DNA of 37,772 nt, from positions 1 through 37,772 of IMG/VR virus record IMGVR_UViG_2690316076_000005; one strand, 5' to 3'. The notes beneath the pieces were generated by a model, which saw nothing but the letters and a program-made list of their open reading frames with translations, was not told where the DNA came from and searched no databases. Position 1 is the stretch's first letter; every line of letters begins with the position of its first letter. The stretch comes from a virus (lineage: Duplodnaviria; Heunggongvirae; Uroviricota; Caudoviricetes). Below, one piece after another: positions 19,594-27,216 of the stretch. A program made the position numbers and the translations under genes.

Positions 19594-19944
19594 TCATTTG
19601 AGCCGCTCACGCGCGGTCTTCGCGGCGTGACACGACCAGCACAGGCTTTCAAGGTTGCTGTCTTCATCAGTACCGCCGTGGGCCTTCGCCTTGATGTGGT
19701 CCACGCAGGACGCCTGCTTCACGACTCCCTGCCGAAGATGGTTCTGACATAGTCCTTTGTCGCGCTTAAGTATACGAGCGCGTATGGTGTCCCACTTAGC
19801 GCCATATCCACGCTGATGACGAGATTGTCCCGGTTTGTAGGATTTCCAGCCTTCGCCTTTGTGATTTTCGCAGTAACCTGATGGGTCTGTCGTTGTAAAG
19901 CTGCATCCGCGAACGCGGCAGGCTTTAGGTGTTCGTGGTGGCAT
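19594..19944 (-). CDS. HNH endonuclease (packaging-associated)
   Basis: Start moved to the ATG with SD aggag; C-terminal Cys/His HNH motif (CQNHLRQG...CVDHIKAKAHGGTDEDSNLESLCWSCHAAK); sits immediately upstream of the terminase genes. Confidence 0.85.
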   Translation of the reverse strand: MPPRTPKACRVRGCSFTTTDPSGYCENHKGEGWKSYKPGQSRHQRGYGAKWDTIRARILKRDKGLCQNHLRQGVVKQASCVDHIKAKAHGGTDEDSNLESLCWSCHAAKTARERLK

Positions 19945-19954
19945 TTTTACTCCT

Positions 19955-19985
19955 ACCAAATCACCAGTATTACCAGTGATTTGGT
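19955..19985. repeat. perfect 10-bp inverted repeat with 11-nt loop
   Basis: accaaatcac cagtattacca gtgatttggt; abuts the HNH ribosome-binding site, no U-tract. Confidence 0.5.
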
Positions 19986-20127
19986 ATACTCTTTACAGCG
20001 GTTAGAACTGTAGTAATGGCAATAAAATCATTCCAACAGCAGCTTAATATTGTCATCACAACATTAATAAAGTCAGAAATAGCTATCACTCTTTTCACAA
20101 ACCTCATTATCCAGCAAAGGACTTTTT

Positions 20128-20529
20128 ATGCAAAACAAACATGGCTTTACCTTAATTAAAGCAAAAACAATTAAAAACTCATCAATAACTGGGAACACAT
20201 TTAATGGCTCTATAGATTCTCTAGTGGATGCTGACACGGTTGATAATGTTCGCATAGAAGACAATCTAATAAATGCTTTAGATCTTGAACAAACGCTTGA
20301 AAACTTAAAATCCGCAATTTCAAGTTCCGGACTTGAAAGCAACCTAACACATTGTTTTCACAGCAAAATTGATGATTTAAAAAGAGAAAAAACTAAGCAA
20401 TCCAAGCTTGTGCGTTATAAGGAACTCATGGAGTTAATCAACCTTCACAAAGATTTATTGACGCCAGTATATCCATATCTAGAAAGATTAGCTCAACATG
20501 CGTATCATAATTTGTTGGGTCTGGTGTAG
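20128..20529 (+). CDS. AT-rich reverse-strand moron, hypothetical protein
   Basis: 133 aa; ATG with SD aaagga; opposite strand to the whole late region; AT-rich; no recognisable motif. Confidence 0.5.
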   Translation: MQNKHGFTLIKAKTIKNSSITGNTFNGSIDSLVDADTVDNVRIEDNLINALDLEQTLENLKSAISSSGLESNLTHCFHSKIDDLKREKTKQSKLVRYKELMELINLHKDLLTPVYPYLERLAQHAYHNLLGLV

Positions 20530-20608
20530 TCGATATCATTATACAAGGCATCCCATCAATAAAATTTTACTCAGTTTAAATCATGATGGTGTGGGATTAG
20601 AATTCAAC

Positions 20609-20818
20609 TTACTTGCAATTTTTTTCCCACGCTTTGTTATGCGTTAAGATGTCTTTCTTTGTCTGGCGGTCCATCACCTCAATATCATGTTCAGTGAGGT
20701 AGATGATGCTTACCCAGTCACAGGCCGTGTCCGTTACTTCAGGTTTTGCGGGTAAATTTTTCGCGCAACTCACGGTCAACATCGTCATCAGGAAGATGAT
20801 TAACAGTCTGCTGTACAT
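20609..20818 (-). CDS. small lipoprotein-like protein (o-spanin candidate)
   Basis: 69 aa; ATG with SD aaggag; hydrophobic N-terminus with Cys (LTVSC, imperfect lipobox); start lies inside the upstream Rz-like gene in another frame; not proline-rich. Confidence 0.4.
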   Translation of the reverse strand: MYSRLLIIFLMTMLTVSCAKNLPAKPEVTDTACDWVSIIYLTEHDIEVMDRQTKKDILTHNKAWEKNCK

Positions 20819-21008
20819 CCCTGGCTCCTTTTGTTGTCTCTACCCTGCGTTCCGCAACGGCTTCAGTAGCTGCTGCACGTTCTTCAGTGCGTTGCTGGTT
20901 CGCTTTTGTTTCAGCGATACTGGTACCGCGTGATTTACCCAGACCAAAAGCACCGGCAATTGCTGCCAGCGCGGCAACAATCAGGCCGATAATCATTTCA
21001 AGTCCCAT
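20739..21008 (-). CDS. i-spanin candidate (Rz-like)
   Basis: Start moved to the internal ATG with SD gaggt just after the endolysin stop; MGLEMIIGLIVAALAAIAGAFG transmembrane segment followed by a charged region. Confidence 0.45.
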   Translation of the reverse strand: MGLEMIIGLIVAALAAIAGAFGLGKSRGTSIAETKANQQRTEERAAATEAVAERRVETTKGARDVQQTVNHLPDDDVDRELREKFTRKT

Positions 21009-21015
21009 AGTGACC

Positions 21016-21630
21016 TCACACCAGTGCGGCTTTAGCTTTGGCGTAACGTTCACGGCGGTCGTTAATGCCGTTCTGCCCGCCGTTGATAATCTGCGTGACG
21101 CGCTCCACATCCCCCGAATAGAGAAGGCAACCACGTAACGTGAAGTACCATGCCGCCGAACGGGCCGCATGTCGCTCTTGCGTCAAAAGTTCTGGCGTAC
21201 TGATCAGATCAAGTTTCAGCGCCGCACCGCATTTGGTGTAGTTCTCACGACCAGTGATTTGAAGCAGGCCACGACCGCGATATTTCCAGCCGTCACCCTG
21301 GCTGTTATTCCCCATACGGTCACCGTAAACCAGATTTGCTATTTGTGGCTGGTGAGCGACCTGTTTACCATCGACACGCCCCAGCATTTCGCACTGGTAC
21401 GGCGTCAGGCGCTTACCAAAGGTTTTCTTCAGCCCTTCAACCGAATAGTTAAAACTCTCCGCCAGCGAGGTAAAGCCAGCAGACTCATGCCCGACTTGTG
21501 CAATGAACATGGCCTGATCATTAACTGCTGTAATGCCAAACTCTTTCATTGCCGCATCAATGTGCGGAAACCAGCGTGCAGAAAGCCCGGCGCTTATACC
21601 AGCCGCCTGCTGAAATTGTGATTGGTTCAT
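21016..21630 (-). CDS. endolysin, glycoside hydrolase family 19 type
   Basis: 204 aa; motifs FIAQVGHESAGF and YRGRGLLQITGRENY resemble GH19 chitinase-like lysozymes. Confidence 0.8.
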   Translation of the reverse strand: MNQSQFQQAAGISAGLSARWFPHIDAAMKEFGITAVNDQAMFIAQVGHESAGFTSLAESFNYSVEGLKKTFGKRLTPYQCEMLGRVDGKQVAHQPQIANLVYGDRMGNNSQGDGWKYRGRGLLQITGRENYTKCGAALKLDLISTPELLTQERHAARSAAWYFTLRGCLLYSGDVERVTQIINGGQNGINDRRERYAKAKAALV

Positions 21631-21911
21631 TATTGCCTCAGATGATCAACCAGACGTGCAACGTTGCCTCTGACGGCCACCAGCACGGAAAGAAAAATAG
21701 TGTTTGCCACGATAATGGGCCATGAGGAATGGGGATAAATCCCACAGAGATAGGCCAACGGAACAGCACTGTATGTAACAGTAATCAGCCAGGCTAAACG
21801 TGAAACCCAAGGACGATGCCGCGAATCACCACGACGATAAAACATCAGAGTAATAACAACACAAGCACATAACAGCGCATTTATAGTTGCTGTCGGGTCA
21901 TTTAGCTCCAC
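21630..21911 (-). CDS. holin/antiholin-like membrane protein
   Basis: 93 aa, hydrophobic segments; GTG start with SD ggagg; between the holin and endolysin genes. Confidence 0.5.
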   Translation of the reverse strand: MELNDPTATINALLCACVVITLMFYRRGDSRHRPWVSRLAWLITVTYSAVPLAYLCGIYPHSSWPIIVANTIFLSVLVAVRGNVARLVDHLRQ

Positions 21912-22284
21912 CTGAACCTCCCCGGCGCGTTATGAGCGCCACCAGCGAGCCGATATCCTGATTATTCAGGAACGTCAGGATTTTAACGGCTAAAGCAGAG
22001 ACAATTACGGCACCAATAGCATCCAGAGGTTTATCACTGTATCCGGTCAAGTTCGCCAGCTTGGAGCCAACCAACCCAGAGCAAAGAATACCGGCAATAT
22101 ATGACACGATAAAATATGCCAGTCGGCGCGATGCACTCAGATCTGCTGCTGTTGCTATGTAGAATACAGCCCCTGCAAATGCGCCAAATACAACGCCGTA
22201 ATCAGTTCCGGTCAGCAGTCCATAAACACTGGCACCCGTCAGGGCACCACCAGCCAGCCCAGTACCGGAAATCGGATCGGACAT
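21898..22284 (-). CDS. holin
   Basis: 128 aa, Gly/Ala-rich hydrophobic helices; ATG with SD gaggggg; first gene of the lysis cassette. Confidence 0.6.
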   Translation of the reverse strand: MSDPISGTGLAGGALTGASVYGLLTGTDYGVVFGAFAGAVFYIATAADLSASRRLAYFIVSYIAGILCSGLVGSKLANLTGYSDKPLDAIGAVIVSALAVKILTFLNNQDIGSLVALITRRGGSGGAK

Positions 22285-22363
22285 TTAGCCCCCTCTTAAT
22301 TGCTGTTGGTCCTCTCAGATATGAGGGGAAGGGATCTTAATGACAGTCTGTTTATTATTTCAG

Positions 22364-22621
22364 TCAAACACTACCCTGTTGATGATTTCTCAGAAGCGAA
22401 CTTGACTCCCAGGGGAAACTCAACTTTCCGTTAAAACCACCAGCAGACATTCGTTCAATTTCCACAGAAATATCACTGAGCCGTTCTTCAAGCTCTGCTT
22501 TTTCTTTTACCAGACGGTTATAGCGGCTTAGATGAAGCTTTTGCTGCTCCAGCCAGTCTTCAAGCTGTTCAACAGTCATACCAGGGTTAAAAAAATATGG
22601 CTGCTGCTTTTCGCCCTGCAT
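22364..22621 (-). CDS. hypothetical protein, first gene after the late terminator
   Basis: Start placed at the internal ATG with SD ggagg; 86 aa with a coiled-coil-like C-terminal half. Confidence 0.4.
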   Translation of the reverse strand: MQGEKQQPYFFNPGMTVEQLEDWLEQQKLHLSRYNRLVKEKAELEERLSDISVEIERMSAGGFNGKLSFPWESSSLLRNHQQGSV

Positions 22622-22640
22622 TATTGACCTCCAGAAAAGC

Positions 22641-22661
22641 AAAAACCCCGCCGAAGCGAGG
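22641..22661 (-). terminator. intrinsic terminator (tR-prime-like) between the Q-like gene and the late genes
   Basis: Minus-strand RNA CCUCGC-UUCG-GCGGGG (UUCG tetraloop, one G-U pair) followed by UUUUU. Confidence 0.5.
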
Positions 22662-22711
22662 TTTGTTATGATTTCGTTAACGGCAGACATACAAAGCCCA
22701 TCGTTAGGAAA

Positions 22712-22740
22712 ATCCTAACCAGATTTTTTGAAAAATGCAA
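22712..22740 (-). promoter_or_regulatory. candidate late promoter (pR-prime-like)
   Basis: Minus-strand TTGCAT, 17-nt spacer, TAGGAT; the transcript would end about 60 nt later at the terminator; small hairpin gttagg..cctaac over the -10/+1 region (possible Q-utilisation site). Confidence 0.35.
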
Positions 22741-22771
22741 GAATCATGTCGCTATCTTCGGCGAAAATCAT

Positions 22772-23524
22772 TTATCTCGTCACTTTTCTTAATTGCGCCT
22801 CAGCATATGCTTCTTCCTGCCAGCACTTTGTCACCAGTTTATCAATGACATCTGCATATCCTTTGTACCACTGATAATCCGTCAGGTCTGGTACCAGCTT
22901 CTGGACATGATGCCGCGCCAGTGTGGTTGGTAAACGGCTAAACCGGTTTCCATTGCAACGCCCACAAATCTTATAAACAGGCATGCCATGAAGCCGGGTT
23001 CTTTTTTCATCCAGGACAATACCTTTGCCCTTACACCCTCTGCACGCTGTGCTGACTTCTCCCTTACCATGACAATGCTGACATAGTTCCTTCACCCACT
23101 CTTCCTTGATAACAGATTCCCCGTTTCTGGAGTGTTTCACCACTTCGCGCAATACATTATGAAATCCCGTACCTGCACAATGCTCACAGCGAGCCTTACT
23201 TGCCGCAGATCTGGAATAATCAGCAAAGGCAAAATTCACAAGGTAAGGAATGATCTGTAGCCGGGTTTCTTCACTCAATTTATTCAATGTCGGGTTATCC
23301 AGTGCCATCGCGTAATTGAGCAGACCTTCAATCGCAAACTGAGGATCCTGAACACCAACTTTTGCCAGGAATAAGGCAAACCCAAGCGGTGCTTTCGACT
23401 GCACCATCCCCTGCGCAGCCATCACATCCGTAATCGTTAAACCACCTGAGCCTGTCGCCGGTGCGTCATCGCTCAATTTTGGAGATTTTGGGGAGTAATA
23501 TTTTGGTAAGGCTTCAAGGTTCAT
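22772..23524 (-). CDS. Q-like late-gene antiterminator (QuuQ/YdfT-like)
   Basis: Start moved to the ATG with SD ggaga; 250 aa; four CxxCxGxG-type zinc-finger repeats (CEHCAGTG, CQHCHGKG, CRGCKGKG, CGRCNGNR); position between the early genes and the late promoter. Confidence 0.6.
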   Translation of the reverse strand: MNLEALPKYYSPKSPKLSDDAPATGSGGLTITDVMAAQGMVQSKAPLGFALFLAKVGVQDPQFAIEGLLNYAMALDNPTLNKLSEETRLQIIPYLVNFAFADYSRSAASKARCEHCAGTGFHNVLREVVKHSRNGESVIKEEWVKELCQHCHGKGEVSTACRGCKGKGIVLDEKRTRLHGMPVYKICGRCNGNRFSRLPTTLARHHVQKLVPDLTDYQWYKGYADVIDKLVTKCWQEEAYAEAQLRKVTR

Positions 23525-23537
23525 GCTCGTTCTCCAC

Positions 23538-24533
23538 TTACGCCAGTACGCCAATTGCCAGCGCACGATCGATAAAACGAAATATCAGCTCCAGCTGGGA
23601 GCCATACTTCTCTTCAAATGCCACGGTATCCGCATGCAGCTCGTCGTGATGCTTTCTGCACAAAGGCAACACAAAGAGGTCATGCGCTTTTGTTCCCATT
23701 CCACCCTGACCGTGACCTATCAGGTGGTGGGGATCATCAGCAGGCTTACCACAACATGCACACGGCTGTGTCTTAACCCAGCGCGTGTACTTTTCATTAA
23801 CCCAGCGGCGACGTTTTGGGCGTAACATAAAAGACTCCGGCGACTCCGGATCCACTTTCAGCGCCAGCACCTTTTTCGCTTTATCCTGGATAATGCTGGT
23901 GGCAGGAACCGAAGGCACAAGGTCACTCTCCCGGGTGACAGACGGCACAACAGGCTTCGGTAATCTCAGTGCCTTACGGGCTGCACTTTCCGGTAAGGCA
24001 TCCGCCAGATCATTACGAACCAGCCACCAGCACAGTTCCGGCATTGTCACAACGTGACTGTCATCAAAACCGAGATCCCGACGCACAACAGACAACACCC
24101 AGCGGGCACAGTTATCCGTTGCCATTGATTCCAGCCGTTCCGTGAATTGATCGCGCAGCTGGTTATCACAGTGCCAGCACAGACGGATTGCGCCCGGAGC
24201 GTGTCGCATTGTGGTCATGTTCTCGCTGTGCCAGTCGGAATGAGGCCACTGGCAGCCCTTTTCACGAAGTAACCAGCTTTCAAGACATTCCACGCCACCA
24301 GCACGACGGATCACTGCCTCATTGCGGAACACGGCCCGAACAGCAGGATCATCCGCCAGCGGTTGTGATGCCGCGGGAACGGCACCACTGGCGAAAGATG
24401 AATAACGTTCCGGCTCAGGCTCCAGCAGTACACGCCCCTGCATAAACAGGGGCATCAGCTCTGAACCTGGTCTGAACAATACGATCCCCATACGCGGGGC
24501 TATTTCAGGGGTCAGTAGTGCTCTCACGGTCAC
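23538..24533 (-). CDS. DUF968-like prophage protein with C-terminal Cys/His motif
   Basis: 331 aa; C-terminal CACCGKP...HHLIGHG...LCRKHHDELH; commonly found next to Q in lambdoid prophages; start could be the GTG or the internal ATG. Confidence 0.5.
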   Translation of the reverse strand: MTVRALLTPEIAPRMGIVLFRPGSELMPLFMQGRVLLEPEPERYSSFASGAVPAASQPLADDPAVRAVFRNEAVIRRAGGVECLESWLLREKGCQWPHSDWHSENMTTMRHAPGAIRLCWHCDNQLRDQFTERLESMATDNCARWVLSVVRRDLGFDDSHVVTMPELCWWLVRNDLADALPESAARKALRLPKPVVPSVTRESDLVPSVPATSIIQDKAKKVLALKVDPESPESFMLRPKRRRWVNEKYTRWVKTQPCACCGKPADDPHHLIGHGQGGMGTKAHDLFVLPLCRKHHDELHADTVAFEEKYGSQLELIFRFIDRALAIGVLA

Positions 24534-24534
24534 C

Positions 24535-25344
24535 TCAATGAACGGTATCGAGCAGCTTTAACAGCTCAGGGAATCGGGATTCGAAGAAATGCGGCTGCGT
24601 CTCGCGCGGATTTGCGGGACTGGTGATGTTCTTGCCGAACATGCAGCCTTTCGCTGTCAGCGACCAGAATTTTTTGATGTTGTTAATCGCGGTACGGCTG
24701 TATCGTTCGCGCTGCTCGACGATCCCCAGCTTCACCATCTGGTGATATGCCTGATTAGCCGTCAGGCGGATACCATACTGTTTCAGCAGTGCACTCAGTG
24801 ACAGCGTGGGGCGGCTTGAGCCATCAGGCGCGTCAGCAGGAGCATCAATGGCATAGCGCGGTGCCAGATTCGGTAAGCCAACAGCCTCCTGGAGTTTCTG
24901 ACAGGCCCCAAGCACAGATGAGTTAGACAGGTTTAACTCCCGACGCATAAAGTCCAGCAGAATCACGCCAGCCTGCATCTTGTCAGCAGCCTGTCCGGAT
25001 AATTTTTCCGGTGCGCTGGTTACCATGTCGAAAGTACGGATCACCTTCAGATGGAATGACGGGCTGATCCACATTGCATAGGCATACACCAGTTCTTTGC
25101 AGACATACGTCCCCTGGTTATTTCCGCCATTAATGACGCTAACTGGTTGATTTTGTTCCAGAGGCGGAATTCCACCCTCGGTGAAAAGTTGTTCAATCAA
25201 TTCACAGGTTTGCTTATTGGAGAGCCAGTATTTCGGGCGGTTTTTTTGTTCTCCCCCGGCTGCCCTGTGCAGATCGTTCAGGCTGTAACGACCATAAGCA
25301 TCACGACGAACTTCAATACCATCAATGACCATCAGATTATTCAT
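24535..25344 (-). CDS. KilA-N domain protein
   Basis: 269 aa; N-terminal VIDGIEVRRDAYGRYSLNDLHRAAGG...KYWLSN matches the KilA-N DNA-binding domain; ATG with SD gaggag. Confidence 0.7.
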   Translation of the reverse strand: MNNLMVIDGIEVRRDAYGRYSLNDLHRAAGGEQKNRPKYWLSNKQTCELIEQLFTEGGIPPLEQNQPVSVINGGNNQGTYVCKELVYAYAMWISPSFHLKVIRTFDMVTSAPEKLSGQAADKMQAGVILLDFMRRELNLSNSSVLGACQKLQEAVGLPNLAPRYAIDAPADAPDGSSRPTLSLSALLKQYGIRLTANQAYHQMVKLGIVEQRERYSRTAINNIKKFWSLTAKGCMFGKNITSPANPRETQPHFFESRFPELLKLLDTVH

Positions 25345-25363
25345 ACTTCGTTTCTCCTCTTAA

Positions 25364-25753
25364 TCAGGCGGCTGCACCCGCCGTTTTCTTGTACTTACTG
25401 ATAGTGATCTCGACCTTCCCTTTCGGGATAACCGGTCCCCACTCCACCAGCATTCTTTTCACCTGTCTGTCGTCTTCCCACACACCCGCGTGGGTCAGGG
25501 CGTCAAACAGCGCCTTGTTATAGTTGTCCAGATCGCGGATCCGGTTATCCGGAGGAAACAACACGATCTCCACTGAAGCAGGTGCCGACGTTGGTTTTGG
25601 CAGACGACGTAACTGCTCAACTATTGCTGCGCACGCCGCGCTCTGAAATTTTCGCCCCGCCGCGCTTATCAGGCTCTTACCAGCAAATTCCCCTTTGTTG
25701 GGGTGTCGCCAGTACGAGTTCACGCTGGGCGGGAAAGGCAGGATCAGCTTCAT
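25364..25753 (-). CDS. rusA: RusA-family Holliday junction resolvase
   Basis: 129 aa; PPSVNSYWRH...DLDNYNKALFDALTHAGVWEDDRQV matches RusA motifs. Confidence 0.85.
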   Translation of the reverse strand: MKLILPFPPSVNSYWRHPNKGEFAGKSLISAAGRKFQSAACAAIVEQLRRLPKPTSAPASVEIVLFPPDNRIRDLDNYNKALFDALTHAGVWEDDRQVKRMLVEWGPVIPKGKVEITISKYKKTAGAAA

Positions 25754-26076
25754 ACTTTCAGGCCTCTCTCATGTAACCAGTGGGCTGCACGCAGCCTGGC
25801 GTTTTCCTCACCGGCAAGCAGTGAGCGGATAATCCCGACCGCCTCGCTGTCGTCGTCCTTCACCGCGGTATGAAGAGTGATACCCCGGGCCACGCCACGC
25901 TTTATCGTGATGACGCCTTTTTTCTCCAGTGCGCGAAGATGTTCCACCGCTGCATTCACTGAACGGTATCCCAGCATGGTTGCCACCTCCTGATTGGTTG
26001 GCGGGAAGCCACGTTCTTTCTGGTAAGAAATCAGCATATCCAGCACCTGCTGCTGGCATTGAGTTAACGTCGTCAT
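25750..26076 (-). CDS. LexA DNA-binding-domain-like protein lacking the S24 peptidase domain
   Basis: 108 aa; LTQCQQQVLDMLISYQKERGFPPTNQEVATMLGYRSVNAAVEHLRALEKKGVI aligns along its length with the LexA N-terminal winged helix; no Ser/Lys protease domain; ATGA overlap with the upstream methylase gene. Confidence 0.65.
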   Translation of the reverse strand: MTTLTQCQQQVLDMLISYQKERGFPPTNQEVATMLGYRSVNAAVEHLRALEKKGVITIKRGVARGITLHTAVKDDDSEAVGIIRSLLAGEENARLRAAHWLHERGLKV

Positions 26077-26726
26077 GCCGCCATCTCCCTGACCAGTTTT
26101 TCCGCCTGCTGGCGAACCTGCGCCAGAAACGCCTCACCACATGCCTCAAGTTCATCGCGCCAGATGTAGCTGATTGCCGGTCCCTTCCAGGTCTTGTCGA
26201 AAACAGCAATAGCACCAGCGAAGAAAGCGCCTGTCGGCACCTGCTTCTCGTCCTTCGGTATAAACCAGGCAGGCAGTTCAAAACCAATACGCCCGCGAAT
26301 AAAAGCAATATGATCTGCATCTTCCGGCCACCACACTTCGCTGGTGGCCGCTTTGATCAGGAAAACATAGCGCCCGCCCTTATCACGCATGGCACTGGCA
26401 TGTTTCATGATGTAACGCATGCCGGTGATGTATTGCCCCTCATGCTGACTGGCGCGGCTGTATGGGGGATTACCAAAGGCAGCACCTTTAAGCTCCGCAA
26501 GACGTTCTGACCAGTCATGCGCCAGCGCGTTATCTTCCGCCGTGTAATACGCGGCACATTTGGCGTTATCACCGTCAGTAAACAGATCCAGAACAAACGG
26601 GCCAAACAGAGTGTTAATTCCCCAGAAAATGTTGTCCGGCGTGCGCCACTGATCGCCCACTTCCTTCAGTTCATGGGCTGGTTTGTTCCGCAGTTCCACC
26701 AGCTCCTGGCAATATTTATTACTCAT
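26073..26726 (-). CDS. DNA N6-adenine methyltransferase (phage Dam-like)
   Basis: Start at the internal ATG overlapping the upstream stop; FGNPPY catalytic motif. Confidence 0.8.
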   Translation of the reverse strand: MSNKYCQELVELRNKPAHELKEVGDQWRTPDNIFWGINTLFGPFVLDLFTDGDNAKCAAYYTAEDNALAHDWSERLAELKGAAFGNPPYSRASQHEGQYITGMRYIMKHASAMRDKGGRYVFLIKAATSEVWWPEDADHIAFIRGRIGFELPAWFIPKDEKQVPTGAFFAGAIAVFDKTWKGPAISYIWRDELEACGEAFLAQVRQQAEKLVREMAA

Positions 26727-27214
26727 TAAGCCCCCACGTAATTCCCTGACAGATACCACTCATCACCCGATACAGCGCGCTTGCTGCTTTTCCGTAAACA
26801 CTGCTCACGACGCGCCAGAAAATTGTTTCGTTCTGGCTGGGAGTGGCTTTCTCGGAATGCCGCCATCCACACCGTTGCAGCACGACGGTATAAGCCCCTG
26901 GACTCCAGTTCTTCCGCCTGGCGGGTCAGGCACAAAATCACCCGGGGATCGTTAGTGCCGACATAGAAATTGCGCACAGGTCTGGTTTCACGAACTGGTT
27001 GTGGTTCCGGCTCCTGCGCTCTCTCGGTCAGGCGTGGGAAATGTCTGCGTGTATCTCCTTCACAACGGTGAGCCACACGCCCACTCTGACGTAACTTGCT
27101 TGCTGACTGCAGAACGCGCTGCCGTGAGTAACCTGCAAAAGCATCCGCAATGTCTCCGGAAGTACATCCCGGATGGGCTTCAATGAATTTCTGAACTTCA
27201 TTCAAAAGACTCAT
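26726..27214 (-). CDS. putative PerC/ANR-like regulator with N-terminal winged-helix-like region
   Basis: LTRQAEELESRGLYRRAATVWMAAF resembles the PerC-family core; assignment from memory, weak. Confidence 0.4.
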   Translation of the reverse strand: MSLLNEVQKFIEAHPGCTSGDIADAFAGYSRQRVLQSASKLRQSGRVAHRCEGDTRRHFPRLTERAQEPEPQPVRETRPVRNFYVGTNDPRVILCLTRQAEELESRGLYRRAATVWMAAFRESHSQPERNNFLARREQCLRKSSKRAVSGDEWYLSGNYVGA

Positions 27215-27216
27215 GA

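Noticed and set aside
20609-20818. Confident Rz1 (o-spanin) call for the 69-aa lipoprotein-like ORF
   Set aside because: The lipobox is imperfect (T at -3) and the protein is not proline-rich; kept only as a low-confidence candidate
22622-22690. Upstream ATG extension of the first late ORF (track start 22690)
   Set aside because: No SD before 22690 and the terminator hairpin plus U-tract lies inside the extension; the ATG at 22621 has a GGAGG SD
25808-26510. Long antisense or alternative-frame ORFs over the methylase/LexA-like region (25929..26510 +, 25808..26320 -)
   Set aside because: Arg/Gly/Pro-rich shadow ORFs typical of GC-rich coding sequence; they overlap well-supported genes
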